Part shown: positions 1 to 8,443 of the stretch, piece by piece
Numbering within the stretch: the first letter of the stretch is position 1
How the letters are laid out: each line of letters opens with the position of its first letter
Source of the DNA: Nitrospira sp.
GTDB taxonomy: Bacteria; Nitrospirota; Nitrospiria; Nitrospirales; Nitrospiraceae
NCBI GenBank assembly: GCA_029865345.1
Contig: JAOUHD010000001.1
Coordinates: forward strand, 10,488-74,487
DNA length: 64,000 bases
Direction: 5' to 3'
Position numbers and translations under genes: made by a program
The notes under the pieces: generated by a model
Databases searched by the model: none
What the model was told of the DNA's origin: nothing
The model's input: the letters and a program-made list of their open reading frames with translations, nothing else

Positions 1-353
1 ACGTCGATACGCACATCCTTCGTCGACAGTGTTCGCACTGTCGGGCCCAAGTCGATTTCCCTGCTCCCCGTTGTCTGGCCATCGATCGTCACAGTGTCCC
101 CGGCCACGCCCGGTTGTGCGGTAATGGTCACTCTCGTGACGTTGTTGGAAAGATTGACGGTATAGCTCGTTGTGGCAGGGTTGAAAGATGGCTCTAGTGT
201 TGCCTCAGCGGGGCCGTTATTGACCTTCAGGCTGCCAAGTGCTGCCTCTGGATTCACGGTCGCTGAGTCGCCACAGCCATAGGCGATCAAGCCGATCACA
301 ATGAGGAACGCGGCAGCGAGATACTGTCTCACGACGGTCAGGGTACGCATCAT
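1..353 (-). CDS. Cadherin-like beta-sandwich domain lipoprotein (partial, runs off window edge)
   Basis: Not in ORF track; hand translation from ATG at 353: MMRTLTVVRQYLAAAFLIVIGLIAYGC-GDSATVNPEAALGSLKVNNG...LEPSFNPATTSYTVNLSNNVTRVTITA. Lipobox-like IAYGC and FxPxTTxYTV motif match the neighbouring paralog. Confidence 0.8.
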   Translation of the reverse strand, partial: MMRTLTVVRQYLAAAFLIVIGLIAYGCGDSATVNPEAALGSLKVNNGPAEATLEPSFNPATTSYTVNLSNNVTRVTITAQPGVAGDTVTIDGQTTGSREIDLGPTVRTLSTKDVRID

Positions 354-661
354 GGTGATGTGGTCTCTTTCTCTAGAGGCGTGATGTGGTAGGTCCATCA
401 GTGTGAACCTCAATATAAAGGGGTGAATAATACGAAACTGCAAAAGGTTGGTCTACCCCTACTTTGGTATAGGGGAAATAGGACAGGTACTTATGGACCC
501 TCCTACGGTGAGGTCAAGGTTCCAGATCGAGATGAGGTCAGACGGGGATGCGAGAGGGGGGAATATATTCGAGGACCGGATTTCAAGTGAGAAGTCAGAG
601 TGATGCCGCGTGGATTGTTGGGCGCAAGGGGCTACAGAGGAGCAGAACGATTTGCAGTAAC

Positions 662-1999
662 CTATGGCGCCTGGTTGACGGTAATGGTGTAGGTCTTAAA
701 GTCGCCATTTGGTGGGGTCACGGTGATCGATACCAACGTGGGTGTTCCTGCTCCGTTCAGCGGAATGGTTGTTTGGCCGGTTGCTTGCCCCGCTCCAGGG
801 TCGGCGATTGAGCCAGAGAGGACGGCATTCGGATCGGACTTGGTCGCGGAGACCTCCACGCTGGTGACGGTGCTTGCCACATCCACTGTATAACTCGTCG
901 TGTTGGGATCAAAATTATTGATAAGGTTGGTGCCTGAAGGGTCCAATTTCACCGTCAACGCCGACAGATTGTTATTGTCAGAAAGTCGTCGGTTGACGGT
1001 AATGGTGTAGGTCTTAAAGTCGCCATTTGGTGGGGTCACGGTGATCGATACCAACGTGGGTGTTCCTGCTCCGTTCAGCGGAATGGTTGTTTGGCCGGTT
1101 GCTTGCCCCGCTCCAGGGTCGGCGATTGAGCCAGAGAGGACGGCATTCGGATCGGACTTGGTCGCGGAGACCTCCACGCTGGTGACGGTGCTTGCCACAT
1201 CCACTGTATAACTCGTCGTGTTGGGATCAAAATTATTGATAAGGTTGGTGCCTGAAGGGTCCAATTTCACCGTCAACGCCGACAGATTGTTATCGCCGGA
1301 GAGATGGTTCACCGTGATGCGGTAGGTCTTCTTACTGCCATTTGGTGCAGTCACTTCTATTGTTACAAGAGTGGTTGTTCCTGGTACACCAATTAGAATG
1401 ATTGCTTGACCTGAGCTGGTTCCCTGTCCATTGATCACGATAGTGGCATTCAGATCCGACTTGGTTGCAGAGACAGTTACGCTTCCGGCGTTAGCATCCG
1501 GCACATTTACCGTGTAGTCCTGGATGTTCGCATCGAAGTCGGGAAGTAATGTCTGACTCGTGGTGCCTACTTTAACGCTCAAGGCCGACAGATTGTTATC
1601 GCTCGATAGGAGTCTCGTAACCGTGACGGTATAGGTGGTCTCAAGTCCGGTCTGTGTTTCCACCACAATGAGGATGGTCGTGGTCGACCCCGGAGAGCCT
1701 AGGGTCACAGACCGTTGCGAGGTCACGAACCCATCGATCGTGACTATTGCCGTCTTGTCCTTGGGGACAGCGGTCACGGTGACGCTGGTTGCAGAGGTCG
1801 GCGCGTTGACCGCGTAGTTCGTGGTATTGGCAAAAAACGCCGGCTGGAGAGCCCCGGGGGTGATCGTGAGGCTAGCCAAGGGTGCTGCGACGTCTTCCGA
1901 AACCGACGCAGTGTCCGCGCAGCCATAAGAACTTAAGCCGATGACAAGGAATAGGGCGGTGACGAGCCACTGTCTTGTGAAGATGAGGTTCCGTTTCAT
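662..1999 (-). CDS. Cadherin-like beta-sandwich repeat lipoprotein (4 repeats)
   Basis: Signal peptide ending SSYGC (lipobox-like); four ~100-aa Thr/Val-rich repeats with DNNLSALxV...FDPNTTSYTVDV...VTVSATKSD...TYTITVN, typical of cadherin-like beta-sandwich domains. Confidence 0.8.
   Translation of the reverse strand: MKRNLIFTRQWLVTALFLVIGLSSYGCADTASVSEDVAAPLASLTITPGALQPAFFANTTNYAVNAPTSATSVTVTAVPKDKTAIVTIDGFVTSQRSVTLGSPGSTTTILIVVETQTGLETTYTVTVTRLLSSDNNLSALSVKVGTTSQTLLPDFDANIQDYTVNVPDANAGSVTVSATKSDLNATIVINGQGTSSGQAIILIGVPGTTTLVTIEVTAPNGSKKTYRITVNHLSGDNNLSALTVKLDPSGTNLINNFDPNTTSYTVDVASTVTSVEVSATKSDPNAVLSGSIADPGAGQATGQTTIPLNGAGTPTLVSITVTPPNGDFKTYTITVNRRLSDNNNLSALTVKLDPSGTNLINNFDPNTTSYTVDVASTVTSVEVSATKSDPNAVLSGSIADPGAGQATGQTTIPLNGAGTPTLVSITVTPPNGDFKTYTITVNQAP
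673..1293. repeat. Two identical 303-bp direct repeats (673-975 and 991-1293), period 318 bp = 106 codons
   Basis: Line-by-line comparison shows the same sequence from GGTTGACGGTAATGG to GACAGATTGTTAT in both copies. Confidence 0.92.
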
Positions 2000-2235
2000 A
2001 TATCCCCGATCACTTTCTTCTAAATAGAGGAGTGATGGACCGGATCATGCTTATGAACACGAACTGTAGGTACTGATCCTACGAGAGGGGTCGCATTCGG
2101 TCGAGCCCTACATAGGTAAGGGTTTGCCGTCATTGTGGGGAGAAGAGGTTGGTTGGTGAACGTATGAGTGCATGGCGGTGGAACCACCAGTGTCGGTCAG
2201 CGCGAGTGTTTGGGACATCTCTGCGCGTTGAGCGG

Positions 2236-3618
2236 TCAGTGCCTGGTTTGTGAAGTGCCCTGCGATTTGGCGAGGAGCTCGGCCTTGGAAGGAATCTGGG
2301 TGAGGAGATCCGGGCGGACCTGAAAGACCCCCTGCAGACGTTGGCCGGTGGCATAGAGAAGATTGCCTGCCTTGTTGCCGAGGGTCAGCTTCCCTATGGT
2401 CTGGCCGTCCTTGCCCGTCGCCACAAATTCTGCGGCGGGCGCAAGTAGCCCATAGGGGGCCAGTGGTGCGGATTGTTTCATGACACGTTCTTCCGCTGGA
2501 AGATTCGCGACCCGACTGACAAACAGATCTGCCGCTTCTTGGCTAATCTTCACGGTGGGCTGATCTTCAAGCAGCCATTCACCGGTCTGGTTGATCAAAA
2601 CATACTGATGCTCTCTTGTCTTTACCGACAACATGGCGATGTCGGTGTAGTCGAGGCCGAGCAGCCGTTTGTCCTGGAGCGTGAAGAGTTCTTTCGTGAG
2701 ATCTCTGATCAGTACGGGGTTGATGCGATAGAGCGGGCCGTCGGCGGTGGTCTCCGCAATGGCTTCTCCGCTCTGGGGGTCCGGTTGATACAGCCGGACG
2801 GACTGGTCACCGGTTGCCGTATGCAGCGTGATTTTCAGCTTGGGGGTCGTCAGAGTCTTGGCCACGCTGTCTCGTTCAGGACCGGGATCGATGATGCCGA
2901 GTGCTTTCAGATCTTCCAACCGAAACATCAACGAGCGGACTTCGTTCTGGTCGGCTTCGGCTTCGATGGGATAACGGATCTTCCACGACGGCTTCGGCTT
3001 ATCCTTGGCCATGTTGTAGAGCACGACTTCGGTGGTGGCATAAGTCAGGCGGACCCGTTCGATATCATTCTGGACAAATCGCAAGAGCTCTTTTCGGCGG
3101 AATGCCATCAAGGACTTGTTAATGAAGTCCTTCGGCGCCAGGTTGGTCAGTAACACGCTCCGGTCCGATTCCCGAAGCACATAGAGAGTATTGGATAGCG
3201 GACCACTGTCGCCGATTGAAATTGTCTCGTGTTGTACCCCGGCCGTGACGGTGAGGGTGGTCACCGGCTGTTCAAGCCCGAAGGCCGCCAGCTGTGTCGC
3301 CTGCTCCTCGACAGTTCTGGTGACGGTTCCTGTCACGAGCGCTCGAATCAGCGCCTGCACTTCGCGATGATCGGCATCCGTTTGAAGCGGAGCCACGATC
3401 GACCATTTACCAGGTTCTCCCAGCTTTAATTCGATAGGCCCCTGCGCGGTGGTGATCCTGAGTCCGGTGATAGCGGTTTCGGGGAAGGGCAGGACTTGTT
3501 TCTGTGCGCGCTCCTGTTTTTCTTCTCGCTGCTGGGCGGGAAGCTCCATGAGATAGAGATAGCCTCCTAGGCCAGCCAGTACAAGAAACATGAGGAGAGT
3601 CGGCCAGTAGCGAGTCAT
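2236..3618 (-). CDS. DUF4340 domain-containing protein (N-terminal membrane anchor)
   Basis: N-terminal TM (LLMFLVLAGLGGYLYL); two repeats of the 'W.I..P....AD..EV..L...L' / 'YGL..P' pattern; directly downstream of a GldG-like gene, the usual context. Confidence 0.75.
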   Translation of the reverse strand: MTRYWPTLLMFLVLAGLGGYLYLMELPAQQREEKQERAQKQVLPFPETAITGLRITTAQGPIELKLGEPGKWSIVAPLQTDADHREVQALIRALVTGTVTRTVEEQATQLAAFGLEQPVTTLTVTAGVQHETISIGDSGPLSNTLYVLRESDRSVLLTNLAPKDFINKSLMAFRRKELLRFVQNDIERVRLTYATTEVVLYNMAKDKPKPSWKIRYPIEAEADQNEVRSLMFRLEDLKALGIIDPGPERDSVAKTLTTPKLKITLHTATGDQSVRLYQPDPQSGEAIAETTADGPLYRINPVLIRDLTKELFTLQDKRLLGLDYTDIAMLSVKTREHQYVLINQTGEWLLEDQPTVKISQEAADLFVSRVANLPAEERVMKQSAPLAPYGLLAPAAEFVATGKDGQTIGKLTLGNKAGNLLYATGQRLQGVFQVRPDLLTQIPSKAELLAKSQGTSQTRH

Positions 3619-3621
3619 AGG

Positions 3622-5145
3622 CTAGAGACGCCGTCGTTTTCTCCACACGATGATGCCGGTAAGCAGCGTCACGAATGGAAGGAACACAACCTGGATGTAA
3701 ATCAGTGCCCGTTCTTGGGTGGGGTTGGGTGTGAACGGGTGCAATGCCGGTTCTCGTGGTGCGATGGAAATCAAGTCCCGTTCCTCGGCCAGCCAACCGG
3801 TTGTGTGGAGGAAAAAGTCACTGTTGCCGGGGAAATTAAAAAAGGCGTTGGAGACGAAGGTAGAGTTTCCGATGACCACGATGGCGGGTCGGGGTGTGCC
3901 CTCCTCCGGGGCTTTCTTCGGTGCCAGCGCGGCCGCCATAGGCAGCGGTCCTTTCACGTCTTCCTTTTCGTTCAGGCTCACGACCCGGCCTTGCATGTTC
4001 ATTTCAGCCCAGCTGTTTGGCGAGGTACGGGCCAGCGGCACAAAGTCCCAGTCTTTCCCGATCTGCTCGTCGAACGTCACGTGCCGGGATAGCGGTAACA
4101 GCACGGCGGAGTTGAGGTCTTGCGTGATCTCATGCTCGGTAAACGTTCTGACCAACAGCGCGGTGAGATCTCCCTGGGCCAATCGATCTTGCAGATCAAC
4201 CAACACCCCCGACCCTAGACCCAGTCCCCAATGGGCGAGTAATGATTCTAGTCCAGTCTGTGTGTCGGGATCGGCCATGACCAAGAGATGGCCGCCCTTC
4301 TCGACGTAGGCATGAATACGATCCTGCTCGTCTTTCATCACGGCGCGGCGGGGGCCTGCCACTACCAGTACAGCGGTATGATCCGGCACGGCTGATTCCT
4401 TGAGGAGCGAGAGCGTGCCGACCTCATAGCCCTGTCGGATGAGCGCTTCTTTGGCAGCAGAGAGCCCATTGCGGTCCTTGTCTTCGACATTCAATTCGCT
4501 GTGGCCTTCGACGAAGACGATGCGTTTCTTGGCATCCTTGGAAATGCGGATCAGCGCACCGGTCAGCTCAACTTCTGAGGGAGAGGTGACGCGGATTGTC
4601 TGGCCATTGCTCTCGAAAATGGCGGTATCGGTTCGGAAGATTCCATAGCTCTGGGCGATCTTCGGCTGTTTCTCCGGGTCGATGAATTCTATGCTGAGCT
4701 TGGGAGACGCTTGCCGATAACTCTCCAGCCGTTCCTTGAATACTTGATAGCCGGGATCTTTTTCTCTCGTGAAGACGGTAATTTTAATATCGTGGGGCAG
4801 GCCGCGAAGCACGCGGTGAGTTTGTGGGGCGAGCGTAAAATTCTGACTTTCCGATAGGTCCCAACGTATCGAGTGTCGAGAGGCCAGAAAGTTCACAATG
4901 ATTAAGATGCTGGTGAACAATACGATCATCAGAAAGCTGTTCAGCCCCATCCTCGTCGAGCGTCGGCCGGAGAACGCCTTGACTGCCTCAAAATGGAAAA
5001 CGAAGAATAGGATGAGGCAGGCCAGCGCCAGCCCTTCCGCGATCGTGACGGCCCACAGCCAGTCAGGGCGAAGACTGTACGTGATCATGCCGCCGAGGCT
5101 GAGCACGACTCCGAGAATACCGAGAGGAAAGGACTTGAGGCTCAT
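3622..5145 (-). CDS. GldG-family ABC transporter auxiliary component (GIFT domain)
   Basis: N-terminal TMs, 'RWDLSESQNFTLAPQT', 'IVFVEGHSE', 'YVEKGGHLLVMADP', 'NSDFFLHTTGWL', C-terminal TM ending WRKRRRL. Confidence 0.82.
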   Translation of the reverse strand: MSLKSFPLGILGVVLSLGGMITYSLRPDWLWAVTIAEGLALACLILFFVFHFEAVKAFSGRRSTRMGLNSFLMIVLFTSILIIVNFLASRHSIRWDLSESQNFTLAPQTHRVLRGLPHDIKITVFTREKDPGYQVFKERLESYRQASPKLSIEFIDPEKQPKIAQSYGIFRTDTAIFESNGQTIRVTSPSEVELTGALIRISKDAKKRIVFVEGHSELNVEDKDRNGLSAAKEALIRQGYEVGTLSLLKESAVPDHTAVLVVAGPRRAVMKDEQDRIHAYVEKGGHLLVMADPDTQTGLESLLAHWGLGLGSGVLVDLQDRLAQGDLTALLVRTFTEHEITQDLNSAVLLPLSRHVTFDEQIGKDWDFVPLARTSPNSWAEMNMQGRVVSLNEKEDVKGPLPMAAALAPKKAPEEGTPRPAIVVIGNSTFVSNAFFNFPGNSDFFLHTTGWLAEERDLISIAPREPALHPFTPNPTQERALIYIQVVFLPFVTLLTGIIVWRKRRRL

Positions 5146-5915
5146 TTCCAGCGTGTCGACTCCACGACCCGATGCGTGAGGAACAGCATGAGCGCCAATC
5201 CGCTTCCGAAGTACAGGAGATCGCTTGTGTCGATCAATCCCCGCACCAGACGCTCATAATGTTCCATGTATGACACATACGTGATGACGCGGCCTGCAGT
5301 AGTATCTCCGAATAAGCCTCCCAATCCGGCGATCAACCAGATGGTCAGGAGTAGGCCGAAGCTCACAAAGGCGGCGACGATTTGATTTTCCGTCAGCGCT
5401 GAGGCAAACAGGCCCACGGAAAGAAACAGGGCTCCCAGCAGCACCATGCCCAGATAGCCGGTCCAGATGGGATTCCAGTCGAAGTCGCTGAACAGCATCA
5501 GCACCGTGGGGACCAATACGGTGAGCCCGACGAGGCCGAGATAGATCAGGAACACGCTGACGAATTTGCCGACGACGATTTCATGGATTCTGATCGGCGA
5601 GGTCATCAAGAACTCAAAAGTCCGCAGCTTGCGCTCTTCCGCGAATAACCGCATGGTCAGGATGGGCAGAATAATCACGAGGACGATCCGCATGCTCGCG
5701 AACAGATTTCGGAAGACCAGATCGTTCAAGTTGATTTGGGCCATTCCCCCCTGCTGCATCTGCATCAATTGGATGGCTTGCGCCCCGGCGAAACCAACGT
5801 AGAGGTAGGAGAGCAGCCCGAAGATGAACAGAAAGACCGCGCCGACCACATAGACAATGGGAGAGACGAAGTAACCGCGCAGTTCTTTGGCGATGATGGC
5901 CTGCACTGGTGTCAT
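5142..5915 (-). CDS. GldF-like ABC-2 type permease
   Basis: 'AIIAKELRGYFVSPIVY', 'LTMRLFAEERKLRTFEFLMTSPI', 'VGLFASALTENQIVAA'; about six TM segments. Confidence 0.85.
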   Translation of the reverse strand: MTPVQAIIAKELRGYFVSPIVYVVGAVFLFIFGLLSYLYVGFAGAQAIQLMQMQQGGMAQINLNDLVFRNLFASMRIVLVIILPILTMRLFAEERKLRTFEFLMTSPIRIHEIVVGKFVSVFLIYLGLVGLTVLVPTVLMLFSDFDWNPIWTGYLGMVLLGALFLSVGLFASALTENQIVAAFVSFGLLLTIWLIAGLGGLFGDTTAGRVITYVSYMEHYERLVRGLIDTSDLLYFGSGLALMLFLTHRVVESTRWK

Positions 5916-5921
5916 AGTAGG

Positions 5922-6908
5922 CTACGCCTCTGTCTTTTCGGCTACGACCATGCTGACGGCGGCCTCAGGCGGTTCGGAGAGGTGGTCTTCGTGGCGCGTG
6001 AGCTGGAGGAAGACGTCTTCCAATGTCATCGACACAGTGCGGAGCTCAAGCAATCCCCACTGGCTCAAGACGGCTACGCGTGCGATCTCGTCCCGCAGAT
6101 CACGGCCCAGCTCGCATTCGAGAAGAAAGCTCCCTCCTGCCTGTCCGGGAAAAACATTGAGAACGCCGGGAATCGCGCGAAGTTTCATCTCGCAGTCAAC
6201 TGGGCAGGTCTTGAGGGTAATCGAAACTTTCTCCGATTGACGCAATCGGGCCGATAGCTGCTCTGGGGTATCTTCCGCAACGATACGGCCTTTATTGATG
6301 ATGACAACTCGTTGGCAGACTGCAGTCGCTTCCGGAAGGATATGGGTGCTGAGAATCACGGAATGCGAGCCGGCCAGGCTCTTGATGAGCTCTCGGATTT
6401 CAATGATCTGTTTGGGGTCAAGGCCGACCGTTGGTTCGTCAAGGATCAACACCGGGGGATCGTGTAAGAGCGCTTGCGCCAGCCCCACGCGCTGACGATA
6501 GCCGCGGGATAGGTTGCCGATCAGCCGATGGCGGACGGAGCCCAGCTCGAGGCGTCCAATCGATTGGTCGAGCGCTGACGAGAGTTTCGGTCCCGTGATT
6601 CCACGGAGTCGGCCGACAAAAGTCAGATATTCCGCCACCGTGAGTTCTTGATAGACCGGCGGTGTTTCCGGCAGGTAGCCGATTTGGCGTTTCACCTCCA
6701 ATGGCTGGTCGGCGCAATCAAACCCCGCCACTCGTGCCGTGCCCTCGGTCGCCGGCATGAAGCACGTTAAGATCCGCATGGTGGTTGTTTTGCCCGCACC
6801 GTTGGGACCAAGGAACGCCAGCACCTCGCCTTTGGCCACCGAGAAGGTGACGCGATCAATGGCGGTATGATGCCCGTAGCGCTTGGTGATGTTGTGAACG
6901 TCGATCAC
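5922..6908 (-). CDS. GldA-like ABC transporter ATP-binding protein
   Basis: Walker [10 protein letters not shown], signature LSRGYRQRV, Walker B ILDEPT. Start moved to GTG at 6908 (VIDVHNITKRYG); the track's 7016 start adds a non-homologous N-terminus. Confidence 0.88.
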   Translation of the reverse strand: MIDVHNITKRYGHHTAIDRVTFSVAKGEVLAFLGPNGAGKTTTMRILTCFMPATEGTARVAGFDCADQPLEVKRQIGYLPETPPVYQELTVAEYLTFVGRLRGITGPKLSSALDQSIGRLELGSVRHRLIGNLSRGYRQRVGLAQALLHDPPVLILDEPTVGLDPKQIIEIRELIKSLAGSHSVILSTHILPEATAVCQRVVIINKGRIVAEDTPEQLSARLRQSEKVSITLKTCPVDCEMKLRAIPGVLNVFPGQAGGSFLLECELGRDLRDEIARVAVLSQWGLLELRTVSMTLEDVFLQLTRHEDHLSEPPEAAVSMVVAEKTEA

Positions 6909-7353
6909 GAATGTGGTATCGGTGTGAACAATTGGGGAGAGTGGAGTGGCACCGCTCTCGAAACTACACCATATTCCTTGAAGGAGGATCTTACTCACTC
7001 CGTTCAAGGCAGTCAATATAGGGGTAGTAGGATGAGTATCAAGCCTGATGGGTCATCTACGCAATGTCGGGAGCGTGATCGCTCAACGATGTCTCCCTGT
7101 CGTTTCCGGATCCGTATGATCTACACAGGTGTTGAATTTAAATCCTGGCTCGTTTATATAGTTGTGGTAGAAGCCTATCCGTTGAATTTTCCCCACAGTC
7201 ATCCTCTCGCTCACAGAGAGGAGCTCCATACGGAAGTGGGGGAGCCGATACTCCAGTCGGTATTGTCGAAGTCCCATACCTTTTATACCCTGAATCGACC
7301 AGTGGTCTCGTTGTTACCATAGGGTTACCATCAGGAGGGAGGCGATACCCAGC

Positions 7354-7992
7354 ATGCAGACTGAGCTTCATCACAGCCGGCTTTCGTCGTCGTCTACATC
7401 CTTTGCGATACTCCTATGCTTATCATTGGGGGCCTGCTCGTGGGTTCCCAAAGGGGATATGCAATTGGATATTGGGATCAAAGATCGAGGAGTCGCTTCG
7501 TGGTACGGTGAACAATTTCATGGCAGACAAGCGGCGAACGGCGAGTTGTTCGATATGGAAGCGCTGACGGCTGCCCATCGGACCATGCCTCTCGGCAGCG
7601 TGGTGCGTGTGGTGAATTTGACGAATGGCAAGCATCTCTATGTCCGGATCACAGACCGGGGTCCTTATGAGAAAGGGCGGATTCTCGACCTTTCCCATGG
7701 TGCGGCTGTCCAGTTGGGTGTGGAGCACAAAGGGGTGGCCTATGTGCAGGTTGAGATTGTCGGCGAACGCCGCCCGGAGCTGATGCTGTTGTCAGAACAA
7801 TTCTCAGACCGAGCTGCCTCGCTTCTTGTTGGTGCGCAGCCGTGGACACATCGGGCGTCGCCTGGGATGGCTTCTCCGGCTAGAAATTTCCTTGGCGATC
7901 TCTGGATTGCAAGGCGGAATCGCTGGGCTGTTGCCATGCTCGCGGTCACTCATCCTGCCGGCACTCCGGTCGCCTCGTTGGTCCTTAACTAA
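7354..7992 (+). CDS. rlpA: Septal ring lytic transglycosylase RlpA-family lipoprotein (DPBB domain, no SPOR domain evident)
   Basis: Lipobox LGAC; 'GVASWYG..FHG..AANGE.FDM.ALTAAH.T.P.GS.VRV.NL.NG...VRITDRGP......LDLS..AA..LG'. SD AGGAGG upstream. Confidence 0.88.
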   Translation: MQTELHHSRLSSSSTSFAILLCLSLGACSWVPKGDMQLDIGIKDRGVASWYGEQFHGRQAANGELFDMEALTAAHRTMPLGSVVRVVNLTNGKHLYVRITDRGPYEKGRILDLSHGAAVQLGVEHKGVAYVQVEIVGERRPELMLLSEQFSDRAASLLVGAQPWTHRASPGMASPARNFLGDLWIARRNRWAVAMLAVTHPAGTPVASLVLN

Positions 7993-8012
7993 AGTCTATC
8001 TGGCTGATTACC

Positions 8013-8042
8013 ACCAGCGGACCTCCCGGCCCGCTGGTTTGT
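8013..8042 (+). terminator. Probable intrinsic terminator after rlpA
   Basis: Stem ACCAGCGG / CCGCTGGT followed by TTGT; short U-tract. Confidence 0.45.
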
Positions 8043-8101
8043 CGGCCCCGCACTACTGCTATTGTATACGCGCGATGATGACCATACTGGTCTCATCCAG
8101 G

Positions 8102-8131
8102 TTGACAGTGTGCAAAGCTCTCCACTAGACT
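8102..8131 (+). promoter_or_regulatory. Putative sigma70 promoter TTGACA-N18-TAGACT
   Basis: Perfect -35 at 8102-8107 and TAGACT at 8126-8131, about 60 nt upstream of the ATG at 8191. Confidence 0.55.
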
Positions 8132-8190
8132 GCATCGTTCCCGTCAGTAGCTGACAATACGTGAGTTTATCGAAGGGGAGGCATGGAGCG

Positions 8191-8406
8191 ATGGCCAAGA
8201 AGCGCGCAGCGGAACCGGATGAAGTGAAGTTGAAGAAGAAGATCGGCGCAAAGCTGACCGATCAAGGCAACCCGGAGGGGGGCACCGCTCTCCGGTCACT
8301 GAAGAAACGATTGAAGAGAGAACAGCGTAAACGGCGGGCACTTGTGCAGCGGAAGAAACGAGCGGCCGGAAGCAAAGGCGCGGCTGCCACCTCTGCATCA
8401 GCCTAG
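8191..8406 (+). CDS. Small, highly basic hypothetical protein (71 aa)
   Basis: ATG at 8191 behind GGGGAGG; 23 of 71 residues are K/R; follows a promoter-like element. Confidence 0.7.
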   Translation: MAKKRAAEPDEVKLKKKIGAKLTDQGNPEGGTALRSLKKRLKREQRKRRALVQRKKRAAGSKGAAATSASA

Positions 8407-8443
8407 TCTTTTTGCGGTGACAGTTGTGCCAGGCTCTGATTCC

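Noticed and set aside
673-1293. Possible CRISPR or non-coding repeat array
   Set aside because: Repeats are 303 bp, in frame, and encode protein domains; no short repeat-spacer pattern or cas genes anywhere in the window.
2090-2130. Minus-strand GGCAAACC followed by a hairpin upstream of an adhesin-like gene, resembling a c-di-GMP-I riboswitch
   Set aside because: No GAAA-type P2 loop and no downstream (A)CGCAAAG motif; only the first element matches. A cmsearch would settle it.
6909-7016. Extended N-termini from the ORF track (also 11154-11252, 8342-8443, 39541-39675, 46301-46378, 54709-54783)
   Set aside because: Homology and SD positions favour downstream starts; the extensions overlap neighbouring genes or intergenic DNA.
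6867-7374. ORFs in the ABC-rlpA divergent spacer (6867..7322, 7083..7277, 7138..7374)
   Set aside because: Mutually overlapping, no recognisable motifs or RBS; treated as regulatory DNA.
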